From positions 5,756 through 69,755 of the forward strand of contig CAYQMF010000015.1 of the NCBI GenBank assembly GCA_964418595.1: a stretch of DNA of 64,000 bases, read 5' to 3'. This stretch comes from an uncultured candidatus Brocadiaceae bacterium. GTDB lineage: Bacteria; Planctomycetota; UBA1135; UBA2386. The notes under the pieces were generated by a model that ran no database searches, was not told the origin of the DNA, and saw only the letters and a program-made list of their open reading frames with translations. Below, in pieces: positions 53,859 through 63,100 of this stretch; the first letter of the stretch is position 1; every line of letters starts with the position of its first letter. The position numbers were made by a program, and so were the translations under genes.

Positions 53859-54937
53859 CGGTCGGACGTCGGCACCGACACTTCGAGCAGCTCGCAGTCG
53901 TCGCTCAGCGCGGTGAATGCGAATCCGTCGTCGGCCGGGAGCGTGCAGGCATCTCCCTCGCGCAGCGCGTGGCGTCCGTGCGTGGCGCTGCACAGGTCGG
54001 CCGTGCCGCGCAGCACGGCGAAGAAGCACAGCTCGCCGGCGGCGCGCCGGTTCGCATGTCCGGCCCGGCCCTCGCTCGCGCGCAGCACCCGTGCCTGCGC
54101 GAGCCCATGGGTCGCCGTGCCGATACCGAGGTCGCGCGCTTCGAGACCGCCGCCGGCATCCTGCCAGGCGGCGTCGGCCCCGCGGTGGTGCACGAAGCGC
54201 TGGCCGCCGAAGTCGCGCGTGCGGTCGACTCGTGCCGTCGGCAGCGACAGGTCGTGGTCGGCGAGGGTCTCGTGGTCGGCGGGGCAGGTCAACTCGATCA
54301 CCTCGAGCCCAGGCGAACTCTCGAGTACCCGGTGCCGGATCCTCGGCGGCTGCAGCACGCAGTCCCCGGCCTCCAGCACGAACGGCGGGCCCTGATCCTC
54401 GTACACCACGCGCACCCAGCCGCGGCGGCAGTAGATCATCTGCAGGCGCACGCGGTGGAAGTGGACGTAGTCGGGCACGGGTCCGCCCGCGTCGATCTTG
54501 ATGTGCGAGGCGATGAAGCGCCCGCCCTGGCGACCCGGAATGAGGTCGCGGTAGCGCATGCCGGCGCGGCCTTCGATCCACGGCGCATCGGCGCGTGCGA
54601 GGGTGAAGGTCGCGGCGGCGTCGGGGACGCGAACCGGCGGGTCGGCGTCGACAATCACGACGTGCGTGCCGTTGGGGGCGAGCAGGTCGCCTTCGGAGCG
54701 CGCGAGGGCCGAGGGCAACCGGCAGCGCAGGCGTAGGACGCCCGGTGTGCCGATCGCGTCGCGCTCCAGGCGCAGGGTCACGCCGTGTCCGGAGACGACC
54801 GCGGTGGAGGGATCGTCGGCCGGATGGATGGCGTCGACCCGGAACCCGAGCCGATCACAGAAGAACGCGAGCGTCGGCGCGAGGTCGGGACACGGCAGGA
54901 CGACCTCGGCGCCGAGGATGGATCCGTCGGCCGGCAC
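53834..54937 (-). CDS. cupin (bicupin) domain protein with VOC/glyoxalase-like N-terminal segment
   Basis: 'VVLPCPDLAPTLAFFCDRLGFRVDAIHPADDP' (VOC-like). 'PDYVHFHRVRLQMIYCRRGWVRVVYEDQGPPFVLEAGDCVLQPPRIRHRV' (cupin). GTG start 12 nt after the upstream stop. Only the last 367 codons of the 1067-aa track ORF are protein-like. Confidence 0.65.
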   Translation of the reverse strand: MPADGSILGAEVVLPCPDLAPTLAFFCDRLGFRVDAIHPADDPSTAVVSGHGVTLRLERDAIGTPGVLRLRCRLPSALARSEGDLLAPNGTHVVIVDADPPVRVPDAAATFTLARADAPWIEGRAGMRYRDLIPGRQGGRFIASHIKIDAGGPVPDYVHFHRVRLQMIYCRRGWVRVVYEDQGPPFVLEAGDCVLQPPRIRHRVLESSPGLEVIELTCPADHETLADHDLSLPTARVDRTRDFGGQRFVHHRGADAAWQDAGGGLEARDLGIGTATHGLAQARVLRASEGRAGHANRRAAGELCFFAVLRGTADLCSATHGRHALREGDACTLPADDGFAFTALSDDCELLEVSVPTSDRQTTRATT

Positions 54938-54948
54938 GCCGGCGGATC

Positions 54949-57612
54949 CTACCGCGCGGCGCCGAAGGTCAGCGCGAGCCCGTTGCTCGCCGACGCGCCG
55001 CTCGGCGCCGCGGCGTCGAGCAGGAAGAACTGCTCGTAGATCGTGAGGCCCGCGACCACCGGCGGGATGACCAGCGGGATCGTCAACGCGCCCGCGCCCG
55101 CCTCGCCCGTGGTGCCCGAAAGCGGCATGACCGAGATCCCGATCGGCGCCACGAACAGGCGCAGGCCGGGAAGCGGAGTGTCGGCGAGGTCGACCGGCTG
55201 CGTGCCGATCACGAACACGCCGAACGTGCCGCCGACGCCGCCGACGAGGCGCGTCTCCGTCGCCACGTTGCCGCGCATGGGCCCGCGCGCGCCGAGCGTG
55301 GGCACCACGCCACCGGTCCCCGGTGACCCGACGCCGTACTGGCGGATGGCGCCGGCGTCGGGACTGTCGATGGCGATGCACGGGATGATGCCTTCGAAGG
55401 TCACCGCGTCGCGGTCGCCGTCGCCGTCGATGTCGACCAGCGACATCGGCGCCACGATCTGATCGACCGGCGGCGCGAAGCCGCCACCGGGGAGGCCGCG
55501 CGCGAACCAGGTGCCGAGGCTCGACGCCGCCTGTCCCACGACGAGGTCGGGCACGCCGTCGCCGTCGATGTCGCGCACGAAGTTGCGCCGCACGGAGTTC
55601 AGGTACTCTGTTGCGGGCAACTGGTTGCTCTGCACGAAGCCGCCGACGCCGTCGTTGAGCAGCAGGCTCGTCACACCGCTGGTGCCGACCGAGCCGCCCA
55701 CGAGGTCGAGATCGCCGTCGCGATCGAAGTCGGCCACCTCGACGCGATCCCAGTACGGATGCAGCAGGGGGTTGCCGGGGAAGGCCGGGCCGGGCGCGAA
55801 CCTGAAACTGCCGAGGCCGCGCCACCACAACAGTTGTCCGACCGTGATCCCCTGCCACGCCGTCACCGTGACGAGGTCGACGTTGCCGTCGCGATCGAGG
55901 TCGGCCACGTACTGGGGCACCTGGCCGTTGATCCGGCCCATGTCCTCGAAGTGGCCGCCGCCCGTGTTCCGCCACAGCAATGTGAAGTGCGTGACCGCGC
56001 CCTCGCGCGTGAAGGTCAGCAGGTCGAGGTCGCCGTCGCCATCGAGGTCGGCGGGCAGGTTGGTGATCGAGTCGGTCTGCCACTCGCGCATCGGATGGAA
56101 GTCCATCCCCAGCGGACCGGCCGCGCCGCCGTCGTGGAACGCGCCGCCGACGTTGCGCATGAGGCGCATGGAGATGAGCTGCGAGCCCTGCATGTGGCGC
56201 ACGAGGAGATCGACGTCGCCGTCGCCGTCGAAGTCGCCCGGGATGCCACCCTGCTCGTAGAACGTGCCAGCGCTCGCCGCGGGGAAGATCAGGTTCGCGG
56301 TGTCGAACTTGCCGTCGGCGGAGTTGCGTTCGACCGCGCCCATGCGGACGCGCAGGTCGATGTCGCCATCGCCTTCCACGTCGTGGAACTGCGTCTCGAG
56401 GTTCCAGCCGGGCATGCGGGTGTGCGGCGCACGGCGGATCGGGCCGCGTGCGTAGTAGATGCAGCGACCGCCCACGAGGTCGAGGTCGCCGTCGCCGTCG
56501 AGGTCGATGGCGGCCGCGAGCCGCTCGGACCCCATCGCCGGAATCTCGATCGCTGGCGCGAACAGCCCTTGGTCGTTCCGCGCGATGCGGAACATCGACG
56601 CCGTCTTGTTGGGGGTGGGGTAGGGACCGCCGCCGCCGCAGCACACGCCGTCGAGGTCGCCATCGCCATCGATGTCCTTCAGGTAGCGCGCCGGACCACC
56701 GACCGCGCTCGCCTCCTGCACGAAGGTCGTCGGCCCCGTGCGCCGCATCACCACGTAGCGGTCGGGGGCCATGCCCCACAGCACGATGTCGCGGTCGCCG
56801 TCGCCGTCGATGTCGCCGCACGCGGGCTTCACCTCGTTGAGGCCGTGCGCGTGGCCGGAGACCGGCACCGGCACGCCGTTGACGATGCGGATGAGGCGCA
56901 GGGTCGTGGCGTCGGAGAGGAGCAGATCGGGCGTGCTGTCGCTGTCGACGTCGCCGGGTTCGAGCTCGCTCGGCGCCGCGAGTGCCGCGATGGTGGCGGT
57001 GCCGGCGAGCGTGAACGACGCGCCGTCGTTGCGCCACAGGCGCACCGATCCCGGGATCACCACGGCGAGGTCGTCGCGGCCGTCGCCGGAGAAGTCGAGG
57101 ACGAGCAGGCGCTCGATCGAGTCCGCCTCATTCGTGGACCAGAGCAGCGCCGGCGTGCCGTCGGGTTGGGACGTGTACACGCGGATGCCGAGCCGCATCG
57201 AGATTGCCCAGTCGGTGCGGTTGTCGCCGTCGAAGTTGCCGACGTCGAGGACCGGCGGCCGCAACGTCCCGCCGCCGACCGAGGTCGTCTCCCGCCATGC
57301 CAGCGACCACCGCCCCGCCTGGTCCTGCCGGTAGGTGGAGAGGTGGACCGTGTTGGAGTAGTTGTTCGTGTACCACCAGCCCAGCGCCTCGACCCGACCG
57401 TCGCCGTCGAGGTCGGCGACCTTGCGGATGCTGGTCCATTGGTCGAAGGCGACCAGCGGTGCGTCGAAGAGGGTGGCTGCCTGTTGGGCGGCTCCCGACG
57501 TCGGAATGACGACGGCCGCCAGCGCCACGGCGACGGCGGACGCCGGCGCGAATCCGGCGGAGCACACGCGCAGACCTGGGGATACGAACGCGGAGACGCG
57601 AGACTCGAGCAT
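54949..57612 (-). CDS. FG-GAP/VCBS repeat-containing secreted protein
   Basis: Many 'DxDGDGDxD' calcium-binding repeats ('DFDGDGDVDLLV', 'DLDGDGDLDLL', 'DIDGDGDRDAV', 'DVEGDGDIDL'). N-terminal signal-like segment. Confidence 0.88.
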   Translation of the reverse strand: MLESRVSAFVSPGLRVCSAGFAPASAVAVALAAVVIPTSGAAQQAATLFDAPLVAFDQWTSIRKVADLDGDGRVEALGWWYTNNYSNTVHLSTYRQDQAGRWSLAWRETTSVGGGTLRPPVLDVGNFDGDNRTDWAISMRLGIRVYTSQPDGTPALLWSTNEADSIERLLVLDFSGDGRDDLAVVIPGSVRLWRNDGASFTLAGTATIAALAAPSELEPGDVDSDSTPDLLLSDATTLRLIRIVNGVPVPVSGHAHGLNEVKPACGDIDGDGDRDIVLWGMAPDRYVVMRRTGPTTFVQEASAVGGPARYLKDIDGDGDLDGVCCGGGGPYPTPNKTASMFRIARNDQGLFAPAIEIPAMGSERLAAAIDLDGDGDLDLVGGRCIYYARGPIRRAPHTRMPGWNLETQFHDVEGDGDIDLRVRMGAVERNSADGKFDTANLIFPAASAGTFYEQGGIPGDFDGDGDVDLLVRHMQGSQLISMRLMRNVGGAFHDGGAAGPLGMDFHPMREWQTDSITNLPADLDGDGDLDLLTFTREGAVTHFTLLWRNTGGGHFEDMGRINGQVPQYVADLDRDGNVDLVTVTAWQGITVGQLLWWRGLGSFRFAPGPAFPGNPLLHPYWDRVEVADFDRDGDLDLVGGSVGTSGVTSLLLNDGVGGFVQSNQLPATEYLNSVRRNFVRDIDGDGVPDLVVGQAASSLGTWFARGLPGGGFAPPVDQIVAPMSLVDIDGDGDRDAVTFEGIIPCIAIDSPDAGAIRQYGVGSPGTGGVVPTLGARGPMRGNVATETRLVGGVGGTFGVFVIGTQPVDLADTPLPGLRLFVAPIGISVMPLSGTTGEAGAGALTIPLVIPPVVAGLTIYEQFFLLDAAAPSGASASNGLALTFGAAR

Positions 57613-57664
57613 GAGGAGGCTCCTTGGGTCAGGACGTGGCCCCAAGGTTAGCAACCACCGTGCC

Positions 57665-59887
57665 TCACAGGTTGCGCTTCCAGAAGTCGATCATCGTGGT
57701 GAACAGGTGCACGCGCGCGGGGCGGTCGGCGATGCCGTGCTTGCGCATGGGATAGAGCTGCAGCTCGAAGAGCTTGCGTGCGGCGATCAGCTCGTCGACG
57801 AAGTGCAGCGTGTTTTGCGGGTGTACGTTGTCGTCGTAGGTGCCGTGCACGAGCAACAGTCGCCCGTGCAGGTCCTTGGCGCGCGCGGTGAGGTCGCAGT
57901 GCGCGTAGCCCTTCGGGTTGTCCTGCGGGCGCTTGATCGACGCCTCGCCCCACTTGGTGTCGTAGTACTCCCAGCGCGTGACGCCCGCGACGGCGATCCC
58001 GGCCTTGAACTCGTGCGACCGCGTCATCGCCAGCAGGGTCATCGAGCCGCCGCCCGACCAGCCCCAGATGCCCACGCGCGCGGGGTCGACGAACGGCTGG
58101 GCCTTCAACCACTTCACGCCGGCGACGAGGTCGGTCACCTCGCTGTCGCCGTACATCTGGCCGAGGAGCACGTTCTCCGTGTGCTTCGAGATGGCGGTGG
58201 CGGAGCGGTTGTCGATACAGGCGACGAGGAACCCCTGGTCGAGCAGGAGCTGGTGGTAGAAGACGTCGCTGCCGCTCCACTCGTTCTTGACCGAGGGCGC
58301 CGAGGGCCCGCCGTAGCAGTACAGGATCACCGGGTAGCGGCGCTCGGGGTCGAAGTCCTTCGGCTTGCAGAGATACGCCGGCATCGCGAAGCCGTCGTCG
58401 GCCGGGACCGTGAACAGCTCCGGGATGGCGGCATCCCAGGTCTCGAGCGCCTTGGTCGAAGGCGCTGCCACGACCGCGATGCGGCTGCCATCGGCCTTGC
58501 ACAGCGTGAGGCTCTTGGGCGTGCGCGCGTCGGAGAACGCATCGAGGAACACGCTCGCGTCCGGCGCGAACGAAGGGGCGTGATTGCCGCGCGCCTTCGT
58601 GATCGCCGTCGGGGTGGTGGCATCCGTGCCGTCGAGGCGCGCGCGGTACACCTGCGTCTCCACCGAGTTGTCGCGGTGCGAGCTGAAGTAGACGACGCCC
58701 GCCTTCTCGTCGACGGCCTGGATCGCCTGCCGCAGCCAGTAGATCGCGCCCGCCGCGTGCACCGCCCAGTCGCCCGCAGTCACCGCGTTGCGCAGCTTGC
58801 CGTCGAGGTCGTAGCGATAGATGTGGGCGAAGCCGGTGCGCTCCGACACCCACAGGAACTGCTTGCCTCCGGCGAGGAAGGTGAGGTCGTCGTTGATGTT
58901 GATCCAGGCCGGGTCGGTCTCGTGGAGCATCGGTCGCGCGGCACCGGAGCCGCGGTCGACGATCGAGAGGTCGAGCACGTCCTGCGCGCGGTTCATGGTC
59001 TGCACCGCGTAGCTCTTGCCGTCGGGCAGCCAGGTCACGCGGCAGAGGTATTCGAAGGGCGTGGCCGAGAGGTCGGCCCAGATGGTCTTGCCCGCGGGGT
59101 CGGTCACCGACACGCAGCCGAGCGTCACGATCGGGTTCTCGTCGCCGGCCTTGGGATAGCGCTGGCGATGCACCGCCGGCGTCGCCGGCTCGAAGTCCAC
59201 GAACGACGACACCGGCACGTTGCCCTCGTCGGTGCGCAGGAAGGCGATCGCGGTGGAATCGGGCGACCACCAGTAGGCGAGGTCGGCGCGGCCGAAGATC
59301 TCCTCCCAGTACACCCACGAGAGCGTGCCGTTGAGGATCGAGTCGGACCCGTCGTGCGTGAGGCGCGTGGCCTTGCCGCTGGCGAGGTCGCGCACCCAGA
59401 GGTCGTTGGCGGTGACGTACGCGACGCGGGTGCCATCGGGCGAGAGACGCGCGGCCTTCTCCTCGGCCTCGGGCGTCTCCGTGACGCGGAAGGCTGCGAG
59501 CGTCGTGAGGTCGAGCACGAACACGTCGTTGCCGATCTCGTACAGCGCGCGCCGGCCCGCCTTGTCGAAGCCCGACGGCCACCCGATCGCTTCCACCGCA
59601 GCGCCGACCTTGGCGAGCGCGGCGCGCGCCCTGCCGCTGTCGCAAGCTGGCGTCAGCTTGCCCGTCTTCGGATCGAGCTGCTGCAGGCCGTCTGGCGTGC
59701 GTGGGTCGAAGACCCATGCGCTGCCGTCGGCCGCCCAGGCGTGCTCCGGGACGACGTCGGTCGCGGCGACCACCGGACCGTAGAGGTCGTCGACGGTGAG
59801 CTTGGGTCTGGCCTGCGCCGGGAGGAGGGCGACGAGGAAGAGCGGTGCCAGTCCGCGAACGAGGGAGCGCGAGCCAGGGTCAGGCAT
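57665..59887 (-). CDS. S9 family peptidase, dipeptidyl-peptidase IV-like
   Basis: Signal peptide, a DPP-IV N-terminal propeller region, then 'RVGIWGWSGGGSMTLLAM' (Ser nucleophile) and 'LLLVHGTYDDNVHPQNT' (Asp/His region). Confidence 0.92.
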   Translation of the reverse strand: MPDPGSRSLVRGLAPLFLVALLPAQARPKLTVDDLYGPVVAATDVVPEHAWAADGSAWVFDPRTPDGLQQLDPKTGKLTPACDSGRARAALAKVGAAVEAIGWPSGFDKAGRRALYEIGNDVFVLDLTTLAAFRVTETPEAEEKAARLSPDGTRVAYVTANDLWVRDLASGKATRLTHDGSDSILNGTLSWVYWEEIFGRADLAYWWSPDSTAIAFLRTDEGNVPVSSFVDFEPATPAVHRQRYPKAGDENPIVTLGCVSVTDPAGKTIWADLSATPFEYLCRVTWLPDGKSYAVQTMNRAQDVLDLSIVDRGSGAARPMLHETDPAWININDDLTFLAGGKQFLWVSERTGFAHIYRYDLDGKLRNAVTAGDWAVHAAGAIYWLRQAIQAVDEKAGVVYFSSHRDNSVETQVYRARLDGTDATTPTAITKARGNHAPSFAPDASVFLDAFSDARTPKSLTLCKADGSRIAVVAAPSTKALETWDAAIPELFTVPADDGFAMPAYLCKPKDFDPERRYPVILYCYGGPSAPSVKNEWSGSDVFYHQLLLDQGFLVACIDNRSATAISKHTENVLLGQMYGDSEVTDLVAGVKWLKAQPFVDPARVGIWGWSGGGSMTLLAMTRSHEFKAGIAVAGVTRWEYYDTKWGEASIKRPQDNPKGYAHCDLTARAKDLHGRLLLVHGTYDDNVHPQNTLHFVDELIAARKLFELQLYPMRKHGIADRPARVHLFTTMIDFWKRNL

Positions 59888-60147
59888 GGGTGGGATTCGA
59901 ACAGAGCGTGCGCCGAACGCCTACGGGGCAGATGCGGGCTCGATCGCAGGCGGTGGGACCGTGGTGGGAGGGGAATGGCTTGCTTCCTGTGGGGGCCGTT
60001 GGCGGCGACCATCCTCGTGAACCTCGCTCCGGTCGCCGACCTCGATGCCGAGCTGGTGCAGGCCGAGTTGGCGAAGGCGCTGTCGCGCTGAAGAACCGCG
60101 TACCTCCGGGTCGCCCGCCCGCCGCCGGCTCGCTAGCCTTCGGCGCC

Positions 60148-63100
60148 GTGACTCGGGAGACCATCGAGGAACGCGAACGGATCCGGCTTGCGGCGCTGTG
60201 CGACGCGGGTGCCTTCCTGCAGGTACAGGCCAGCGTGGCCGACCTGCCACCGCCGGCGCACTGGCGCGGCGCCGAGTCGACCCTCCTCGCGGCGCGCCTG
60301 CTCTACCCGCTGGGGGCGGAGCGTCTTGCCGACGCCGTCGCCCGGCGCGGCCTGCGCCGGCACCCCAGGTCGATCGACCTGCTCGAGCGCGTCGTGTTCG
60401 CACAGATCCGGCGCCGTGGGGCGCTGTCCGCGAAGCGGATGCTCGCCGCGGCGCCGACGCCCAGCACCGTTGCCGAAGAGTCGACGCTGTGTGGCGTGCG
60501 CGCGCACGGCGCGACCGAGCTGCGCGACTTCGACACGGCCGACGAGGCGCTGCGACGCGCGCTCGAACTCGAGCCGGACTCCGGCTGGAACCACGTCATC
60601 GCCAGCGCCGTGCGCGCAGCGGAAGACCGCTATGACGAGGCGCTGGCGGCGGCGCGGCGGGCCGTGGCCCTGCGGCCGGGGATGGGGGCGGCGATCAGCG
60701 CGCTCGCCCACCTGCTGCAGTTGCGCGAGCACGACGACGAGGCGATCGAGGTGTTGCAGGCCGGCGTTGCGCGCACGGAGATCGCGTACCTGTCGGTCCA
60801 GCTCGCCGGTGTCCTGCTGGAAGTCGAGCGCGCGGACGAGGCGCTGGTCGCGCTCGACCGTGCCGCGGCCTGCGCACCGCTCGCCGAGTCCGTGTTCCAG
60901 GAAGGCATTCGCTCCCTGCGCTTCAGCGCGCTCTACCAACAGGATCGCATCGACGACGCCCGGCAGGTCGCCGCGGCGATGCGGTCGCCCTTCCACCAGC
61001 GCCAGGCGGACCGGCTGGCGACCGCGACCGACCAGCCCGTGCTGCGCTGCCCCGTTCCGTTCGTGCGCCAGCACCATCTCACCTGCGGGCCGGCGACGCT
61101 GACGGCGTTGGCGATGTCCTTCGGCGCGTCGACCGATCATCTGGCCGTCGCCGACGCGATCTGCTGGGGCGGCACGCGCGGCTACGTGGAACGACGCTGG
61201 GCGCTGCAGAACGGGTTCGCTGCGCGCGAGTTCACGCTCACCGTGCCGGCGGCGCGGGCGCTGCTGGCGCGGGGCATCCCGTTCGCGGTGGCGACCCAGG
61301 AGGCGACCAGCGGTCACCTGCAGGCGCTGATGGGACACGACCCGCGCCGCGGGGTCATGCTCGTGCGCGACCCGTACTTCCGGCACACGCGCGAGTGGCT
61401 CGACGAGGAGTTCCTCGAGCGGTACCGCAGCTCTGGCCCGCGCGCCATGGCGATCGTGCCGGCGGCGCGGGCAGCGGAGCTGGCGGAACGGGACCTTCCC
61501 GATGCGGAGCTGTTCGACCTGCTGTTCCAGGTGCAGGAGGCGCTGCACGCGCACGACCACGCCGCGGCGCGCCGCGTGCACGCGGAACTCGTCGAGCGGG
61601 CGCCCGACCACGCGCTCACCATCTACTCGCGCTGGTCGTTGACCGACTACGAGCAGGACGCGGTCGGTGCCCTGGCCTGCATCGAGCGCATGCTCGCGCT
61701 CTACCCCGACGACCACGGTCTCCTGCTGCGACGCGTGGCCGCGCTGGAGGCTTTGGGCCGCGGTACGGACAGTCGGGCGGCGCTCGAGAGCGTGGTCGCG
61801 TCGCAGCCGTCGGATCCGGCGTTCCTCGTGCACCTCGCGAGTGTGCTCGCCCGCGACCCTGGGCAGCAGCCGCGCCGGCGCGAACTGCTGCGCCGGCTCG
61901 AACGGTACGCCGCGGGACACGCGGGGATCCTGCGCGCGCTCGCCTCGTGGCACTGGGATGAACAGGATCAGGCGACGGCGGTGGAGCTGTTCCGGCTGGC
62001 GGCGTGTGCGGACGAGGTCTCGGAGTCCACGGCGTTTGCGTCGTACTTCCGCGCAGCGCACGCGTGCGGGCGGCAGGACGAGGGGCTCGCCTTCCTGCGC
62101 CGGCGGTTCGAACGGCATGGGCGCAAGGACGCCGGACCCGCGCGCAGCTTGTTCCTGGCGCTGGATCTGCTGGGGCGGACGCACGAAGGCCTCGCCGTGC
62201 TCGACTCGGCGCTGGAGCTGCGGCCGGACGACCCCGAACTCCTCCTGTTCGCCGCGGACGTGTTCTCGGCGAATGGGCGGGACGAGGACGCACGCGGTCT
62301 GCTTCAGCGCGCCCGCGGTCGCGCGAACGTCGCGGAGCACGCGGCCACCGCCGCGCGCCTGGCGGAGCGTCGGGGCGAGTTGGCGGCCAGCCTGGGTCAC
62401 TGGCGCGAGGTCGTCGCGTGCGAGCCGCTGCATTGGCGCGCCCACGATGCGATCACGGCCGCACTGGCGGCGACGGTCGGGCACGCGGCGGCGGCCGAGC
62501 ACATGCGCGGCGTCGTCGAGACCTTCCCGTTCCTGAGCGAGCCGCGGCGCCGGCTCGCGATCCACCACGGAGCGCGGGAACCGGAGCGTGCGGCCGAGGC
62601 CCTGCGGGAACTGCTCGAACTCGAACCGGACGATGCGTGGGCGCGCCGCGAACTCGCACTGCGCTGCGTCGATCTGGGGCAGCGCGAGCAGGCACTGGCC
62701 GAGGTCGAGCGCGCGTGTGAACTCGAGCCACGCGCCGCCGCCAGTCACGGCATCCGCGCCTTCGTGCTCACCGAACTCGGACGCCGTGCGGAAGCCGCCA
62801 CGGCGGCACTCGTGGCCCTCCGTCTCGACCCGGACTACGCGCTCTGCATCGAGCCGGCGATCACGCACGCGGCCACCGACGCAGCGCGCCTCGCGGCGAT
62901 CGACACCGTGTTCGAGCTGATGTCGGCCGGGGGTACGGGCGCAGGCGTCGCCACGCTCTTCCGGGTCGCGAGTGTTCACCTGCCCACACCGGAGGTCGAG
63001 TGGCGGCTCAGGGAGTTCGTGACGCGTCGACCGGCGGTGTGGCAAGCGCGCGCGCTGCTCGCCGCGCACGAGTTGCGCTCCGGTCGTCCGGCCGCGGCGC